Origin: Raillietiella orientalis
Lineage: Eukaryota
Length of the DNA: 64,000 nucleotides
Reading direction: 5' to 3'
NCBI GenBank assembly: GCA_036172245.1
Contig: JAYWIR010000032.1
Location: 496,001-560,000, forward strand
In this document: in pieces, positions 12,961 to 26,384 of the stretch
Numbering within the stretch: the stretch's first letter is position 1
How the letters are laid out: every line of letters starts with the position of its first letter
The notes under the pieces: model-generated
Told to the model about the DNA's origin: nothing
The model's input: the letters and a program-made list of their open reading frames with translations, nothing else
The model's database searches: none
Made by a program: the position numbers and the translations under genes

Positions 12961-14790
12961 GTGCCTTTTCTAGTGAAGGATGGGACAGTTTAACATGTAC
13001 TGTTGCGCATTTTCTCGACCTCCGATATTTTGCCTTGAGATCGTAATTCTAAGCTTTCTGTTACAGACAGGCGTGGATTTTCGGAGCATCTCATACCAAG
13101 TGGCCATGCGAAATGTTTTTTTCTTTTTTCCTCTTTCCTTCTCTGAGTTACCTCAGAGTTCATCTTGATCGCTGTGGCTGTCTTCGTAGCGAGTCTGCCA
13201 TCAGCTACAATTCAATCCGCTGAATCGCGCCATCTATGGAACTTCAACTCAAGCTTCCGAAGAAGAAGAACGGGAAAATCTTCCAGGATTCCGCGCCTGC
13301 ACGGGCGGTCTTTGGCCGTCGGTTTCCCGCTCCATTAGTGAATCCATTTAATTCCCACCGCTTCTGTTTTCCTCCGTCGTTTTATGGAGGTACCTACTTC
13401 CTTAATGGAGAATCTACCAAGGCACCACCGTTGCCATCCGGATTCTTGGGACATCACGCTTTGAAGGCGATGAGAACGATGCCGACGATATCGGGCAGTC
13501 GGTGGGTTGCTGTTACTTGCTGTCTCCCCCACGAAAGAGGCGGCCCTTATAAAACATCCCCACCATTTTTGCTCGTAATAGCTTCATCTAATAAAACAGG
13601 ACAAAATGAGTCTGCGTGTTGCCCAGGGCACAATAGTGCGCTGTAAACTACTCCGTTTTCAGCTTCCGAAGAAAGTCGCTGATCTCAAAGAAATGCTCCA
13701 CCTCTATTGCCTTCGATCCGCGGACTGCCTCCAGGACCGCCATTTAGACGTTCCAGCCAGGAAGGTGGTTTGCTTTCTACGAGGGATTCTTTTCAATTAA
13801 CGGGTCCAAAGACACAAGCCGTGATTGCCTCGGGAGTCTCAAAAGTGGCCGCTTTCCGATTTGGAAGCGTCTTGGTTCCATCTCGGCAGGAAACGAGGTC
13901 TCCTTGGGAGCGCGCGTCTCTTGACCTCCCTCCTTCCGAATCGAATCTGGAGGGGATCCCATTCCCGAAAGATGGCTGATTTCATTTCGAAGAGCAAACA
14001 TCCACTGCGAGAGGAAAACAAACTCGTTGCTGGATCAATAAATGAGCGAAAGTCCCTGGTAGCGTTCTTCGAGCGTCCACGCTCCTCAGCAGGATGTTTG
14101 CGCTGTGATGAAATCCAAACAAAATTTTCGGGATGGGGGAAGGTGGGGGATGGAAGCGCGGTGTGCGCATACGCATTCTGCGGTCCCCCGCATGATCCCC
14201 CTTCGGAGGTCACTGTCGGAAGAGCGAGGCTTCCTCCGGCAGTGATCAACATGAAGCAGCAATGACCACCAAGAAGGGGAAAAAAAAGCCGCAAACACAC
14301 AAAGTTCCTGGAACGAGGTCCGCCCCGCTCCACCCCGGACCGACGGCCGACGCACGAACACCTGCTAAAGGGAGCCGCGTCCGGAGAGGTGCAGCAGCTG
14401 GGCGGAGGCGAGATCGGAGGGCCGCACGGAAGCTTGGAAGAGCAGCAACGGACGACCTTCGAAGAGAAGCATCGGGCGGTCGCGTCGACCGTAGCCACGT
14501 CACCGGACCGGATCAACCAAAAGAGTGCGCCGAAGAGAGGGGAAGGAAGCTGCTGATGATCTTTCGGCCAAGCCCGTGATCCTTCGCTGCTGGGAGACCG
14601 ATGCCTCCAGTCGTCGTCACTGCCCCCATCTTGGAGGTGCGTCGTGGGAAACTCAAATTCGTTTGCGGTCAAGAAACCCAGGTTTATGGTCCACCGGACT
14701 GTTGCTCCGCATCTGTGCAACTCGGCTCTCCCTATCGCTCTCAAAGTTGAAGTGATCCTATGCACTTTTGCATGCGGCTCAAACGCACAT

Positions 14791-16160
14791 GAGACTCGCG
14801 TTGGCAGCCGCGCGTGGCGTACCAAACGTTGCGAGTTCAAATCCTGCCCAGGGAAGGGCTCACTCCAACAGATGGGTGCGTCGTGGGTTTCGAATCCCCC
14901 CTCAGGATGACGCTGTCTGGTCTGAAGGCTTCGGATGCGACATTGGCAGACACCCGGTCACGGTGGGGTATTTACTTATGAAATAAACCTACATGTGTGT
15001 GGCAGGACGTCTGATCCTGCCACATTACTTACAACTACGAGAAGGAACCTGCCGGGATTTGGTACGCAGGTCAGCCGGGGTTCGCTTCGACAGCACAGGA
15101 GAAGGGCAGACAAACAAAAAGAAAACATAAAACAAAAAACATCAAGTCAAAAAAAGGGGAGGGTTCGGGAAGGGATCCCCGGGTTCCAGAGGGCGTCCTC
15201 TGCATCCTTGTTAAGGATTCCGGCAAGTTCCTGTTTCAAGACTCCCAGATGGGGCCATCGTGATGCCATCCTCATGAAGCGTACAATAAAATAGATGGCG
15301 TCCCTGTCGTTCTGGCCTCCTCTGGCGTTGCTGCTCCATGCAGACACGGTCCCGCGTAGACAGCAGCAAAGAGCTGCTAGAAATGCGGCCAATGTGAGGG
15401 CGTCGCACAAGAAGAGGCGCTTCAAAACGCCTCTGGCGTTGTTGCCAGGGGTACCAAGGATCGCTGCAAAGCATCCCCAGAGAGGCCAGAGGGCAACACT
15501 GTCCACTAGGTGGTGCGAGAAGGATTCCCGCTCCCTGAACCTTGCACAGTTTGGGTCTATCCCTTCTCCCTGTATTCACTGATGCCGGCGGGCGTTGCAT
15601 GGGAGTCTCCAGTGCAACAGCATCAAGGTCGATTCCTGCCACTTCAAGGGGAGAGTGCGGCACTGGTGGAAGCCGATGACCCCGTTGACTGCCGAAATTG
15701 GAAGTTTTCCTTCCGAGTCCTTCCAGGAATCAAGGAGCCATGGGGTTCCCCTTCGGCTGGGAAGAGCTGTCCCCTCCCTCTCGGGGAGGGACCTTCCATC
15801 GAGATGATTGATAGCCCTCCAGGATGTCAGAAGCACTCTGCTCCCTTCGGGTGCTCTTCAGGGGAGGAAACTAGGATCACTTCTTTTGCAGGTTGCCTCT
15901 GGAGAGGAAATTTAGGGGCGCGGATCCTTCAAGGGGGTCCCTCCGGCGAGAATAAGAAAGAGGTTTCTTCGGGATTTCTTTTCGAGCGTAAGAGGAAAGA
16001 ATCCTACGAATCCTCAGCCTTCCTGGATTCGTAAGGTGGTCGTCTCCCGGGTCTGCTCCCCAGCTGAAAAGTTAACGCGCACCCTCGGGTGGGGAGGACG
16101 GTGTTGAAGAGTTCCGTGAGTCCTGGGTTTTTGAATACTTAGCGGACCAAAAAAAAAAGA
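14791..16160 (+). mobile_element. SINE copy (head 14791-14950, body 15653-16160) split by an antisense LINE insertion
   Basis: Head gagactcgcgttggc...gagttcaaatcc; the body resumes at 15653 and matches the other copies; ends ...aatacttagcggaccAAAAAAAAAA. Confidence 0.8.
14951..15652 (-). mobile_element. 5'-truncated L1/Tx1-like LINE (ORF2 C-terminal zinc-finger region plus 3' UTR), copy A
   Basis: LKWQESTLMLLHWRLPCNARRHQ*...DPNCAR...HHLVDSVALWPLW (zf-RVT-like), T-rich 3' UTR, terminal GTGACCGGGTG, 18-bp degenerate TSD at 14933-14950 / 15653-15670. Confidence 0.8.
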
Positions 16161-16219
16161 AAACCCGAAGGAAAAAAAGCGGCAAGGAAGACTGCGAAAG
16201 CAGAACTCAAAAGGATTTC

Positions 16220-18135
16220 CATGTCCCTGAGACGCATGGGATTTCCAGCCGTCTTCCCGGTCTATCTGCACAATTTGTTTCATCGGCCATACGTGTGCGG
16301 CGTGCCCGTCCGCTGCGGCGTAAGGCACGGTGATGTGACAGCCTGGGCCCCCTGCTCTTCAGCAACTACTCGAGTATGGCGCTGCGGGCGACTCTGGAAA
16401 CCCTGCCGAGCTCGTGTCCGGGCAGGCCTGCCATGTCGACCTAAGTGGACGATCTTCTGCTGCTGTTCCTCATGACCACTCCGGTGTCAGCACTCGAGGA
16501 CTCTGAGTTGTTAAGGAGGGGCGCAGACCCTGAGGAGAACAGGGAGAAGTCGTCCTCGGTGCCTGTCAGTGCGGCGTAGGCTGGATGGTCGGACTGGATG
16601 CTCTCGGGGATCCCCACGAGTGAGTACTTCAGGTACCTTGGCGTTCCGTCGGGGAACTTCTGCGCTGCAGAAGCTTGGTCCGACCGTCTCCAAAAGTAGA
16701 GATGGAGCTTGGCCCGTTCCAGAACAGCGAGTTTTGCTTCCAGGAACAGGTCGCGGTGTGGAACGCGTTCGCGGATCTCCTTCTCTTCCCCCTGCTTCTT
16801 TCTTGCCCCCCTTGCTTTTTCTTCTTTCTTGCTTTTCCTCCCGAGGACCTCGTGAGGAAAGCCCTGTAGGGCATAGGGAGGTCTCAAAGACTTGTGTGCT
16901 CCGCGTAGGAATAGTGGACTGGACATCCTTACGCTGGAGTGGATGGAGCGTCAGCTCCTATTCAGAAGACGCCCTCGTGGCGAAACCGCGGACAACGCAT
17001 ACCAGCACGGCTCTTCGCGAAGAAAGCAACTGTCTGCGAGGAACTCGCATCCCTCCTCGTTGCTACAGAGAGATTCTTAAGGCGTTGCGGATACCAACTC
17101 CGCCAGATGGTTTCCCTGGTGGAGAAGAACAATTGGATCTCCTGACTCCACGAGAACTGCACTGACTGGTTCCAGGAGTCCATCTTTGCCTAGAGAAAGA
17201 TCCATGGCGAGAGCGAGGTAGGCCTGCCTACAGCGAGGCGTCAACGCTCTCAAGACCCTGGAGGAGATCGTTCGCAACCCGTAAAAGATGCGGTGGGCCT
17301 CGTCTATCCCCCTCACCACAGTGTTGTCCTCATAAGGCACACAAGGGACAACGTCATTCCGGCAAGGTGGAGAGTGGCGTGCTGCATAGCAGCAAAGAAG
17401 AAACTCCTAGGGGCGTTGACAACTCCCCTAGATGTCCCACCCCAAGGAATTCCACGCTAGGACTGGCTGTCCGATATCCCTCCGAAGGACGCGAATGCTG
17501 GAACAGTAACGCCTTTTCCCTCAAGTGGCAGTGGTTGGCGTTGTGGGTAGTGCATTGGGGTCTCCCGTGCAACCCCCGCCGATGTCATTGGACACGGAGG
17601 AGTCCTAGGTTCCTAGGTTCCTGTCGCGATGCTCAGTGCGACAGGCGCGGGAAGAAGGAGACCTCCCGCACCTGCTTTTAGACTGTTCTGTCCTCTGTCC
17701 CCTTTGGGATCGCCTTGCGACGGCCCTAGGAATTCCAGTGGGCGGCCCCCGGGGCATTTTCAGACGCCTCTTCGTGCCTGCGGCATTGCTGCCAGCCGCG
17801 TCCCTCGTGGTTCTCTGCTGTGTTCGCGAGATCACCACGGCCTGGAACAGCAGAAGAGGCCAGAATGGCAGGGACGCCATCCACCAGGCGTGGGTCTTCC
17901 TGTAGACCGCCTCGAGATGGCCCCACTTGGGCACCATCCGAACGGACCTTGCCGTCATCCTGGACAGAATGCAGAGGACGCCTGGCAGTATGCTGTGATC
18001 CCTTCCTTCCTCATGTGAAATTCCCCTTCTCTGTTTTTGTTTGTTTATTTTTTTTTGTGTTTTTGTTTCCTCTTCCCCCACGCTGCCGAAGGGGACCTCG
18101 GCGGTCTGCTCACCGCTCTTCGGCAGGTTCATTGC
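16220..18135 (+). mobile_element. Decayed L1/Tx1-like LINE ORF2 (RT to C-terminal zinc finger), related subfamily, copy D
   Basis: MGFP...PVRCGVRHGD (GVRQGD), T*VDDLLL (YxDD with a stop, ~16442-16462), FRYLGVP, WVVHWGLPCN...PHLLLDCSVLCPLW, then a T-rich UTR homologous to copies A-C; extreme 3' end is missing. Confidence 0.8.
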
Positions 18136-21100
18136 ACGTGGTAGAACCCAGAATTCTACCACACCAATGCATTCTTGTATCTTCACGTAATAAGTGCCCC
18201 AGCATAACCGAGTGATAAGCATCATCAAGAGTAGCGATGTTCCTGATTGTAAGTTTATAAAAGTTCAGCTGTACAACAGGTCGATAGAACAGAAACGGAC
18301 GCTACCATGGAAGATCCAAGACTCTTTGGATTTGGTTGCGAATGGAGAGGACAACCGCAAGTTGTCGATGAAAAGACGAAGGAAATTGCCTAGGATGTTG
18401 TTTCATGGATCGGCTGGGTTATGGAGAGGTATGTAGCAATCATCCGATATTTGGCCACTGCAGGCAGGCGGTGAGATTGTTCTCGTGGACCACGTCCACC
18501 AACTGTGGACCCTACGCGTTCGATGTTTTCGGCTCGACATCCGGTCCGCAAGAAGGAACGGTCGATTTGCCCTGCAGACGCGGAACTCAGGTCAAGCACC
18601 TATCTCTGAGTGCTCGGAAAGAGGCGACGTTCGACATGTGGGGTTTCCTGTTGAGCCTTTCTATCCCTGTCCATCGGGCAGGAATCTGTGCTCCTCCCTT
18701 CAAAGTGACGCCCGAATCTTATGCAAGAAGGCGAAACATTCGCCACAGTACCTCACATGCGCAACAAGTGAGGTGCGATGCCATCGGGACCACAGTGATC
18801 TCGCTTGCATCTGTGAATTCACAACACGATCGCTGAAGATTTGAAGATCAGCTACCAAAAGATATACCAATCCTCGAAAGGAACGCAGTGATGCTGATAA
18901 TTTTCCCAAATGAATCAGACAAAAATTTACAGAACCTGGAATCCTCTACGACATGGAATCACAACATGGAAATATTTTAAAAATCTAGACACGGACGTTA
19001 CAGCTGCCTTTTAAGGTGACGGAATCACAAGGTTTTATTTTTTTCCAAACGAAGTTGTTTAGTTGACATCCAGAACACGAATGTCCTCATAGCAATCGTA
19101 GCCGTTTTTATCGACGGATCTTGTGGCTGATTAAGTAATTTCGAAATTAAGTGATGATTGGTGTCGCAGCCACGCAACGAAATGAAACCCTCATTTCCGG
19201 AAGGGATGTTTGGAGAGATGAGTTCATCCCTCCATGATGACCGGGAGGACTCTTCACTTCACGATAAGGGAAGAACCTCTTTTTAGCCTGTGGACGCTTA
19301 GTTTCTCTAGGATACCGGTAATTCAGCGGTTTACTCAACAGCCCTAAATGCATCTTGACGATTTTCTTCTCGCAGTTTCTGTGGACCAGAAAATTCAAGG
19401 AGGAAGAATGCCCCCCCAAGCTGCGAGTTAAAAGTGAGGGCGGATATCTGTGAAGAAATGGTGCAAAAATCAACAATTTTTTTTGTTTGCCGCTGTCCTT
19501 TTCTGAATCTCTCGTTCGTAAGCGTGATATATCGTTTCACCGCAGCTTTGGTATCGAAAAAAAAGAAAAAAAAAAAGGTAAATGTGTTCTTGCTCACTTT
19601 CTCGACGATAGCCTTGGCTTCTCTGGTGAGAATCAAATGAGGAATATGGAGGTTCCTAGTACCATTCGAGATCCTTGCTCGTGCTGCTTCCGCAAGAGAG
19701 CAAGGCGGCGTTGATGTCCTTGATGAAAAGGCTGAAGAGGGAAAAACTACAGTCCTCTATCAAGCAGCGGTGTGTTCGGTGGATGATCACCGATTTTGTA
19801 ATTTTTTCCTCCATAAACCTTTATTCATCAGCGGAGCACGCGATACATTTCCTAACTTGGAAAATAGGTGAGTCCACAGCTCTCGCAGGAAAACTGCTTT
19901 CACTTGGCACCTTTCTGCTGGACATCCTTCTCGAATCAAATTCCAAATGATATGAATTGTGCAAATTACTATGTGTTTTTTCGTCCATTACACGCCTGCA
20001 GGACTGGGCTCACCTATTTTCCAGGTGTGCTCAAGGATGACCTTTCGGGATGAATTATACGTGTTATCTGTTTTTAAGAGGGAACAGTAACAACATGATG
20101 AGATCAAAATCATGCTTTTGTTCCGAAGCAAACCTTAGTGCTCAAAGGAGCGAGCAGCCAATCCACTCTGCCAATGCCATGTTGCGATGTCCCGAGACTG
20201 ATGTTTGCTGTGGCAACCTCAGCAACGCTTTTCATGTCAAGGAAATTAAAGAAAAAGGTGGCAAATAAGGAACCTATTTTTGAAGCTGCCGTCAGCTGCA
20301 AAGTATCCGACTTGCAAATGGCGAGTGATTCCCGAAAGGCACGAAAGATACGCAGAGATGAAGAATTTTCGAAAAGCTCGAATCGTACGTTAATCGTACA
20401 CTACCGTTTATGTGTGCGTTTGTTGTTTCTTTGGATCGCTGCTAGGCAAACCTTTTAAAAACAGAAGAACAAACTACACAGAGGTCGGCATCCACAAGTA
20501 CGCCTTCGGCTAGCCAGGGACAATCAACGAAAGACAGATTCTCTGTTCTGCCATTCCTTGTAACGATAGGGTAAAGGTCAGTGGACCCCCACGCCGTCCA
20601 ACGCCAGCACAGATTTCTAAAGTTACACTCTGGAAGGAAATATTAAAAACGAAAGATTCCCCAATCCATGAGTTTGCCTTAACCACGGTGTCCTCGAAGC
20701 CATTAGAACGACACGAAATGGTTGGTGCGCAGAATTTTGAAACTGCTTCGATGATGTCACTAGACAAAATAGAAAGTCTCTCACCGTCTACTTACAGACG
20801 TGCCGTCACAGGAAAATGCATTTCGTCGAAAATAAATAAATAAATAAATCTATGAGTGGGGCTTCAGCAGAGCAAGAAGCTGCGCTTTGGTTAAGGAAGG
20901 CATTGGATCGAAAACCGTGCAAACCTTGGTCGAGTGACTCAAGTAGAGATTCCCGTGTTTGCCAAGAAACATTATGTAATTTATGTAATATTTGCATCAT
21001 GTACACTTTTGTTTTCTTTCTTTTTTTTGAGAAATTCCGGCATTAAGCAGCATTGTCCTTCAGCACTTGCATGTCCAGCCACCATTTGAATCGTCTAAAA

Positions 21101-24100
21101 GGCAGTCCTCGTGTCAATGTCAGCCTTCGATCAAACGAAGGCAACACTTTTATTTTCTAGCTTTTATTCGTTTGGAAGCACGGAATCAGTACCCTGGCCA
21201 TAGACAGGAGGGGTCTACTAGACTGGCTGCAAAACCTTTGGTGGATCCTCATGGATGAGGCTTTCAAGAAATCTTTATAATTCTCTTCATGCTGTCCGCC
21301 ATGTGCAAGCCCAGAAAGTAGTAGTACGAGTAGAATTTCTCACACAAGAAGCAGCCGTCTTTTTTTTTTCTTTTGCGCAGGGGCATCTCCCTTTTTCTCC
21401 TTTGTGTGACGAAACCTTCACCTCTCTTGTTTCAGAAGTGTCCACCATGGCGGAACGAAAGCACGAGTAGCCTGAAACTGACAAAATCAAAATCATTCAG
21501 GTTCACCAGGACTCATGAGGAGCATGGGACAGGGAGATACCAAGCGGAAACTGTGGATTTGGATCCAAAAATTCATCCTCTAGTAAAATATCTTAGGGAC
21601 GTCTCGAATCCTTTGAGTTCTTCGGGCGCTATGTACGAATTTCTTTCACTTTTTCTTCTCACCCATGTGTGAAAAAGACTCAGCAGACATTCTGATTCCA
21701 TTTCCTCCCTCAAGTCAGAGAAACAGTTTCCCTTTGCCCCTCCTCGAAGATATGTGATTTTAGCTACAGATGTTAGGGAGCCTCCGCTACCCTCGCCATA
21801 ATCTTCGATAAGATTGAGTCAAGAATAAGGGCACCATGAGAAACCGTGCTCCACAGGTACAGTACATAAGCAAACGTGGCTGCGAACCAATCAGGTGGTG
21901 CTGTGGTTGAAACAGCACTGGTTCCACTTCAGAAGTCGGGCAAAGAACGAAGAGGATGATCAACAACAGATTCTAAAGAGCGATTCCAAGACAGAAGGAA
22001 AACATCCATTTCAAAGCAATAGTTAATCACCAATTAACGCGAAGGTGAGTGATGAAAGAGCGACCCACTTGTAGCCTTGATTACATTCAGGAAACGTGAA
22101 AAGATGACATGCAATAGGGCACTTTGCACATGTACTGGTGACCACTGTTTCAAGAACGGAAAGGATGGACATTAGGCGTTCGTGTCCAAGACGCACTCTG
22201 TCCTTGGAGCCGGTGAGAAATCAGAGACATGAAATTGTCAAGATGATGCCGTTATACCACGTGGATGTTCGATTCTTGTAAACAAGTGGTGACAAAGACA
22301 CCACGGATGAACGGAAATGATGAAAGGACGGATCAGATTCTTGCAAAGATAGAAAGTTTCAATCATAGAGTGAACAGTCTGAAGGATGAGAGTACAGACC
22401 GGTATGCAGTGGTGCGGAAGAAACCTAAAAACCAGATTTGATGCTGGGGTCTGTGATGAGAGGGAGCTTGGATTTCCAAAAACAAAAAAAACGAATCCAA
22501 AGTTGGAATGTGTCTGGGAAGATGATCTGTTGATCCATCCACTTGAAAATAAGTGGGTGGAATGAAATTTCTTGCAAGTCCCGTTCTCTTTGACCTGTTT
22601 CTGAAGAATCCATTAGATCCTGCCTAACGAGCTGCGGATTTTCCATGCTTGTTCCTCTTTCGCTGAAGAACCGCCCAACTCGAACCAGCCATTTCAGACC
22701 TCGAATTTGAGGTGAGCCCTTCGGAAGTTTCGGACGATGCATTTGGACAGCAATCCAAGTTCAGATCATTTCCTGAAACGTCCGAGAAGAGGTGATCAGC
22801 GTCTCTCAGCAAAGATTTCCAGGGATCAGGCAAATGGACTTTTGGAGAAAATCCTTCCAGTGAAATGGCTTGCTGAAGGGAAATCACCTAGCATCCCGAA
22901 GGATAAGCCTCTAAAACACCTTGGGAGGAAAGGATTATGGATTGCAAGAGAAGCAGATGAGCTGAACATCATTTGCAGTCAAAGTGCCATCTCTGTTCAA
23001 CCCTTGGAAAGCCATCCTGCTCTGACATCTTCCTGCTTCGCACCCATAGAACGGTAGAGTAGCTCAACAGGAATTCTTCGAAAAAAGATCATTCATCGCG
23101 GAATGTCTCCTATGATATCATTTTATAATATAAATATCGAAAACTGTTAGGAGGATTTTTAATTTGAAAATTGGTGGCAATTCAAAGCATTCCTTGTCAG
23201 TAATGTAGCACATTATGTATTTATGGATAATCTAAACGCTTGCTGGTATTCCTGAACAGAAGGAACTCTCCCTTGAAGACATTTCTTTTGAATCCCCGGT
23301 TCCATGTCATCTGCAATATGAATATATCCATTAAATAGTAATCGATTGATCGAAAATTTATCATGCCACATTATATACTCGAACTCCCGATGCAACCAAA
23401 TCAACCGTTTTTATAATTTGGAATGTACAAATTAAATACAATAAAGCAGTGCGAAAATCCCACGGAACCAGCAGTCCCCTAGGAAATTCTTGCTCACAGG
23501 ACTGCTAATTTGCCTCATTCCCACAGGTCACGTTAAGCGCTGCTGAATGTCTGCCCATCACACTCCAGATGCATGCATGGAAAAGAAGGCCTGTCAAACC
23601 AACGAATGATAAACAGTGTTTGGATGGCCTGTTGGCTCGGGAAACACGTGACAGCAGGGTTCTCCAGCTAAGAGGGTGTTTCTCGTTGCTGACGAGCGGT
23701 CTGCATTACGAATGCTGACCGCTGGGTTGCTGTTGGACACGCTTCGTTTATAGGTTCTTTCATAGGGTGCTATCACGTTAAAGGAAATGGACGCACAGTG
23801 CTGATTATACACGTCCAGGAGTCATACAGCAAAACTGAAGCGATGGTGTTAATGGACCAGGGATCCAAATCGAAATCGTTCTTCTGGAGCAGGCGATCTC
23901 AGAATACTTTAGAGTTTCTCTTTCTTCGTGTCTGCCCATTGTCCGTGTAACCGGGCAATGTTCCAGGAGCTGGAAACACGTGTGATTTCATCCAGCAGCC
24001 TGATGAGCGGCTCTGAAGGGCAAGTTCATCGGGAATGGCAGGTGCTCTTTGGCGCTATGCCGTCCCCAGCCGTGGAAAACGCCAGCCTGGTTTGTTTACC

Positions 24101-24589
24101 AGGAAGGCAGGCACGGGCATCCTTAGCAGATGATTTTTTTCCCCACTCGAGTGCAGTGGATCCCCGTATTCGAAGGCGACACCGCTCGTGCGGCGCGGCG
24201 AAGCAATCTCTCACGGCGCTGAGGATGAATCTTCATTTCGTGGCACAGAAGCTCGGCTGTTTCCTGGAAAAAGGAATCCGTGGGCCGAGTAGGCTGAATT
24301 CCGCTTCATTCCAAACTTCGTGGACGAAGTAGCGCGGGAAGATGCCTATCTCCGACAACGACAGAGCTGAAACTGCAAAGTTGCTTACATCCATCAGATG
24401 TGAGCAAAATTCCAAAAGCCTTTCTGAAGAGCAGTTTTAATAATGAACAAACACTTTTAATCCTTTCCTTCCGTTTTAAAGTGACATGCCAACCATTGCA
24501 ACGTCACATCTTTTATATATTTCCTTGCGTTGTCCACGTATAACCTTAGGGTCTCATAACGTTCGAGGAAGGAAGTTAGAAACTTCATC

Positions 24590-24725
24590 CTTCACCCCCG
24601 TTCCTCATCTTCCTTTACCCCCGTTTCTCGTTCTTTACCTCTGTTTCTCTTCCTCCTTAACCCCCATTACCCCTCCTTCGTTACCTCCGTTCCTCCTCAT
24701 CGTTTACCCCCGTTCCTCCTTTTCG
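24590..24725. repeat. Degenerate CT-rich minisatellite (~22-24 bp unit, TTTACCCCCGTTCCTC core)
   Basis: About six imperfect tandem units visible. Confidence 0.65.
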
Positions 24726-24729
24726 TTTA

Positions 24730-24822
24730 ACTCGGAAAGGATCCTCTCTTGGAATTCCTTTTCCAGAGGGAACCTCCTCGAGGGAATCCCTCCTTGTTTC
24801 CTCCTCTGGAGAGAACCCGAAT
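24730..24822 (-). mobile_element. Internal SINE fragment
   Basis: ggaaaggatcc...agagggaacctc...ctctggagagaacccga matches 25375-25465. Confidence 0.65.
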
Positions 24823-25031
24823 CGTTTGAGAAGTCAGCGGTGGTTGCGCAGCATCTTTCGGTGCTATCCTCTTGGAGCGGAAAAAGCTCGAGCGGTGTAT
24901 TTGTGCAAGGAGTACCTCAGGAACCTAAGGTTTCTGCTTTTCATCTTCCAAGAGTTTACTTTTAAGCGCCTTCAACAGAAGTGGTCAGGAAGGTAGAATA
25001 TGGAAGCTGCAGAGATTAACAGTAGAAGCCT

Positions 25032-25869
25032 CGTTTCTGTTTTTTTGGTTGGTCAAGTGCTGAAGAGCCGCTCGCCTCCTCGGGGGAGGACAAAGAACTT
25101 CCTCTTTTACATTGTCCACTCCACCAGAGGGTGCTTGTAACTCTTCGAGTTATAGAGGGTGTCCCAGGATGGGACCACCCAGAAGAAGAAGAAGTAGAAT
25201 CCAGGAAGACTCCAGAAGAAGGAGTCCGTCCTTCTCACGTCTGGGAGGGAATCCCGAAGGAAACTCGCCTCTCTGGTTGTCTCCGAAGGGAGCCCCGAAG
25301 GGAACCTCTTCACTATTCTCTCCTCAGCGACCTCCTGGAAGGAGCTGCGCTCCTGAATGTCTGCCCTCCCTTCCCGGAAAGGATCCGCTTTTCTGGGATT
25401 TCTTCTCTGGAGGGAACCTCCGCAAGGGAACCGTTACTTATTTCCCCCTCTGGAGGGAACCCGAAGGCACGCTTCCCAATTTTCTCTGAAGGACGCTTCT
25501 CCGAAGGGAGCCGCGCGCTTCCTGACATTCGGGAGAGGCGTCATATCCCCGAGGGGGATGTCAACCTGCTCCATGGAACGGTTCCATTTTCACAACCAGA
25601 GGGAAACCACGAAGGGGTCCTTGATTTCTGGAAGGACTCCGGAGGATCAGCTTCCAATCACGGCCAGTCATCGGGGCCTTCCGGCATCCACCAGTGCCTC
25701 ACCCGGAGCCCACAGGACCAACCAGGGTCAACTTGCGGGAGCCACATCGAAACCCTCGACGCACTTCCCGTTTCTCTGGAGTCGGTCCTTCCCCCTGGCT
25801 GGGTTCGAACCCGCAACGCTTGGCACCACGCGAGTGGAGGCCGCAGCCAAAACGCGGCCGACGCGGGCT
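25032..25869 (-). mobile_element. Best-preserved full-length tRNA-headed SINE-like element (~840 bp)
   Basis: Perfect 12-bp TSD CAGTAGAAGCCT (25020-25031 / 25870-25881); B box GGGTTCGAACCC near the 5' end; A-rich 3' tail; internal degenerate GGAGGGAACC repeats; empty target at 25687-25704. Confidence 0.88.
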
Positions 25870-26384
25870 CAGTAGAAGCCTGGTGAGTGGTCCGAACTTT
25901 AGTCTGCATTATCTCCAAAGATCTCGAGGCGTTTTTTCTTTCTTGCAGTAGTCCAGAGACGAAAGTGGCACCTTCAGGAGGCACGAACTTGATTCTTGCC
26001 AGAGAATGAGGCTCGTTCTTGGAAGACCGTTTGGTCAGTTCTTTAGTGGACGAGCGGGAATTCCTAGCCCGCAGTCCCAACGTCCAAAGGACTGTCCTGC
26101 TACGAGGCCGGTGGGCGGAGCGAAGTTTTCCCTTTTTTTTTTCTTTTTTTCTTTCAAGTGGGATCTTCGAGTTCAGACAGGTTGAAAGGGAGGCTAGTGG
26201 TTACCCGACAATTCGCCATTTGTCCGTCGGTTCCCGACACGCAAGTGACCGTTCGCTCGCCCATAAAAATAAAAAAAAACTCACACAAAGAAAGGAGAAT
26301 ATGCTGAGATTTCTTCGTTCAGGATGCTGCAACCCAGTTCTTGAGGAGGATCAATCCGCATATTCCGCAGAAGGCGGCGCTGAT

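Noticed and set aside
13839..14840. 333-aa minus-strand ORF
   Set aside because: Arg/Ser/Pro-rich chance ORF in GC-rich DNA; overlaps a SINE head.
22146..22187. Gag-like zinc knuckle CFKNGKDGH*AFVS
   Set aside because: Two of the four ligands are missing and there is a stop; too short to support a call.
24590..24725. CRISPR-like array
   Set aside because: Eukaryotic context; low-complexity tandem units with no unique spacers and no cas genes.
25790..25870. Functional tRNA genes at GGTTCGAACCC sites
   Set aside because: No complete cloverleaf or acceptor stem; they are heads of a dispersed repeat.
25131..25886. 251-aa ORF inside the SINE (antisense)
   Set aside because: The frame is not preserved in other SINE copies; no motifs.
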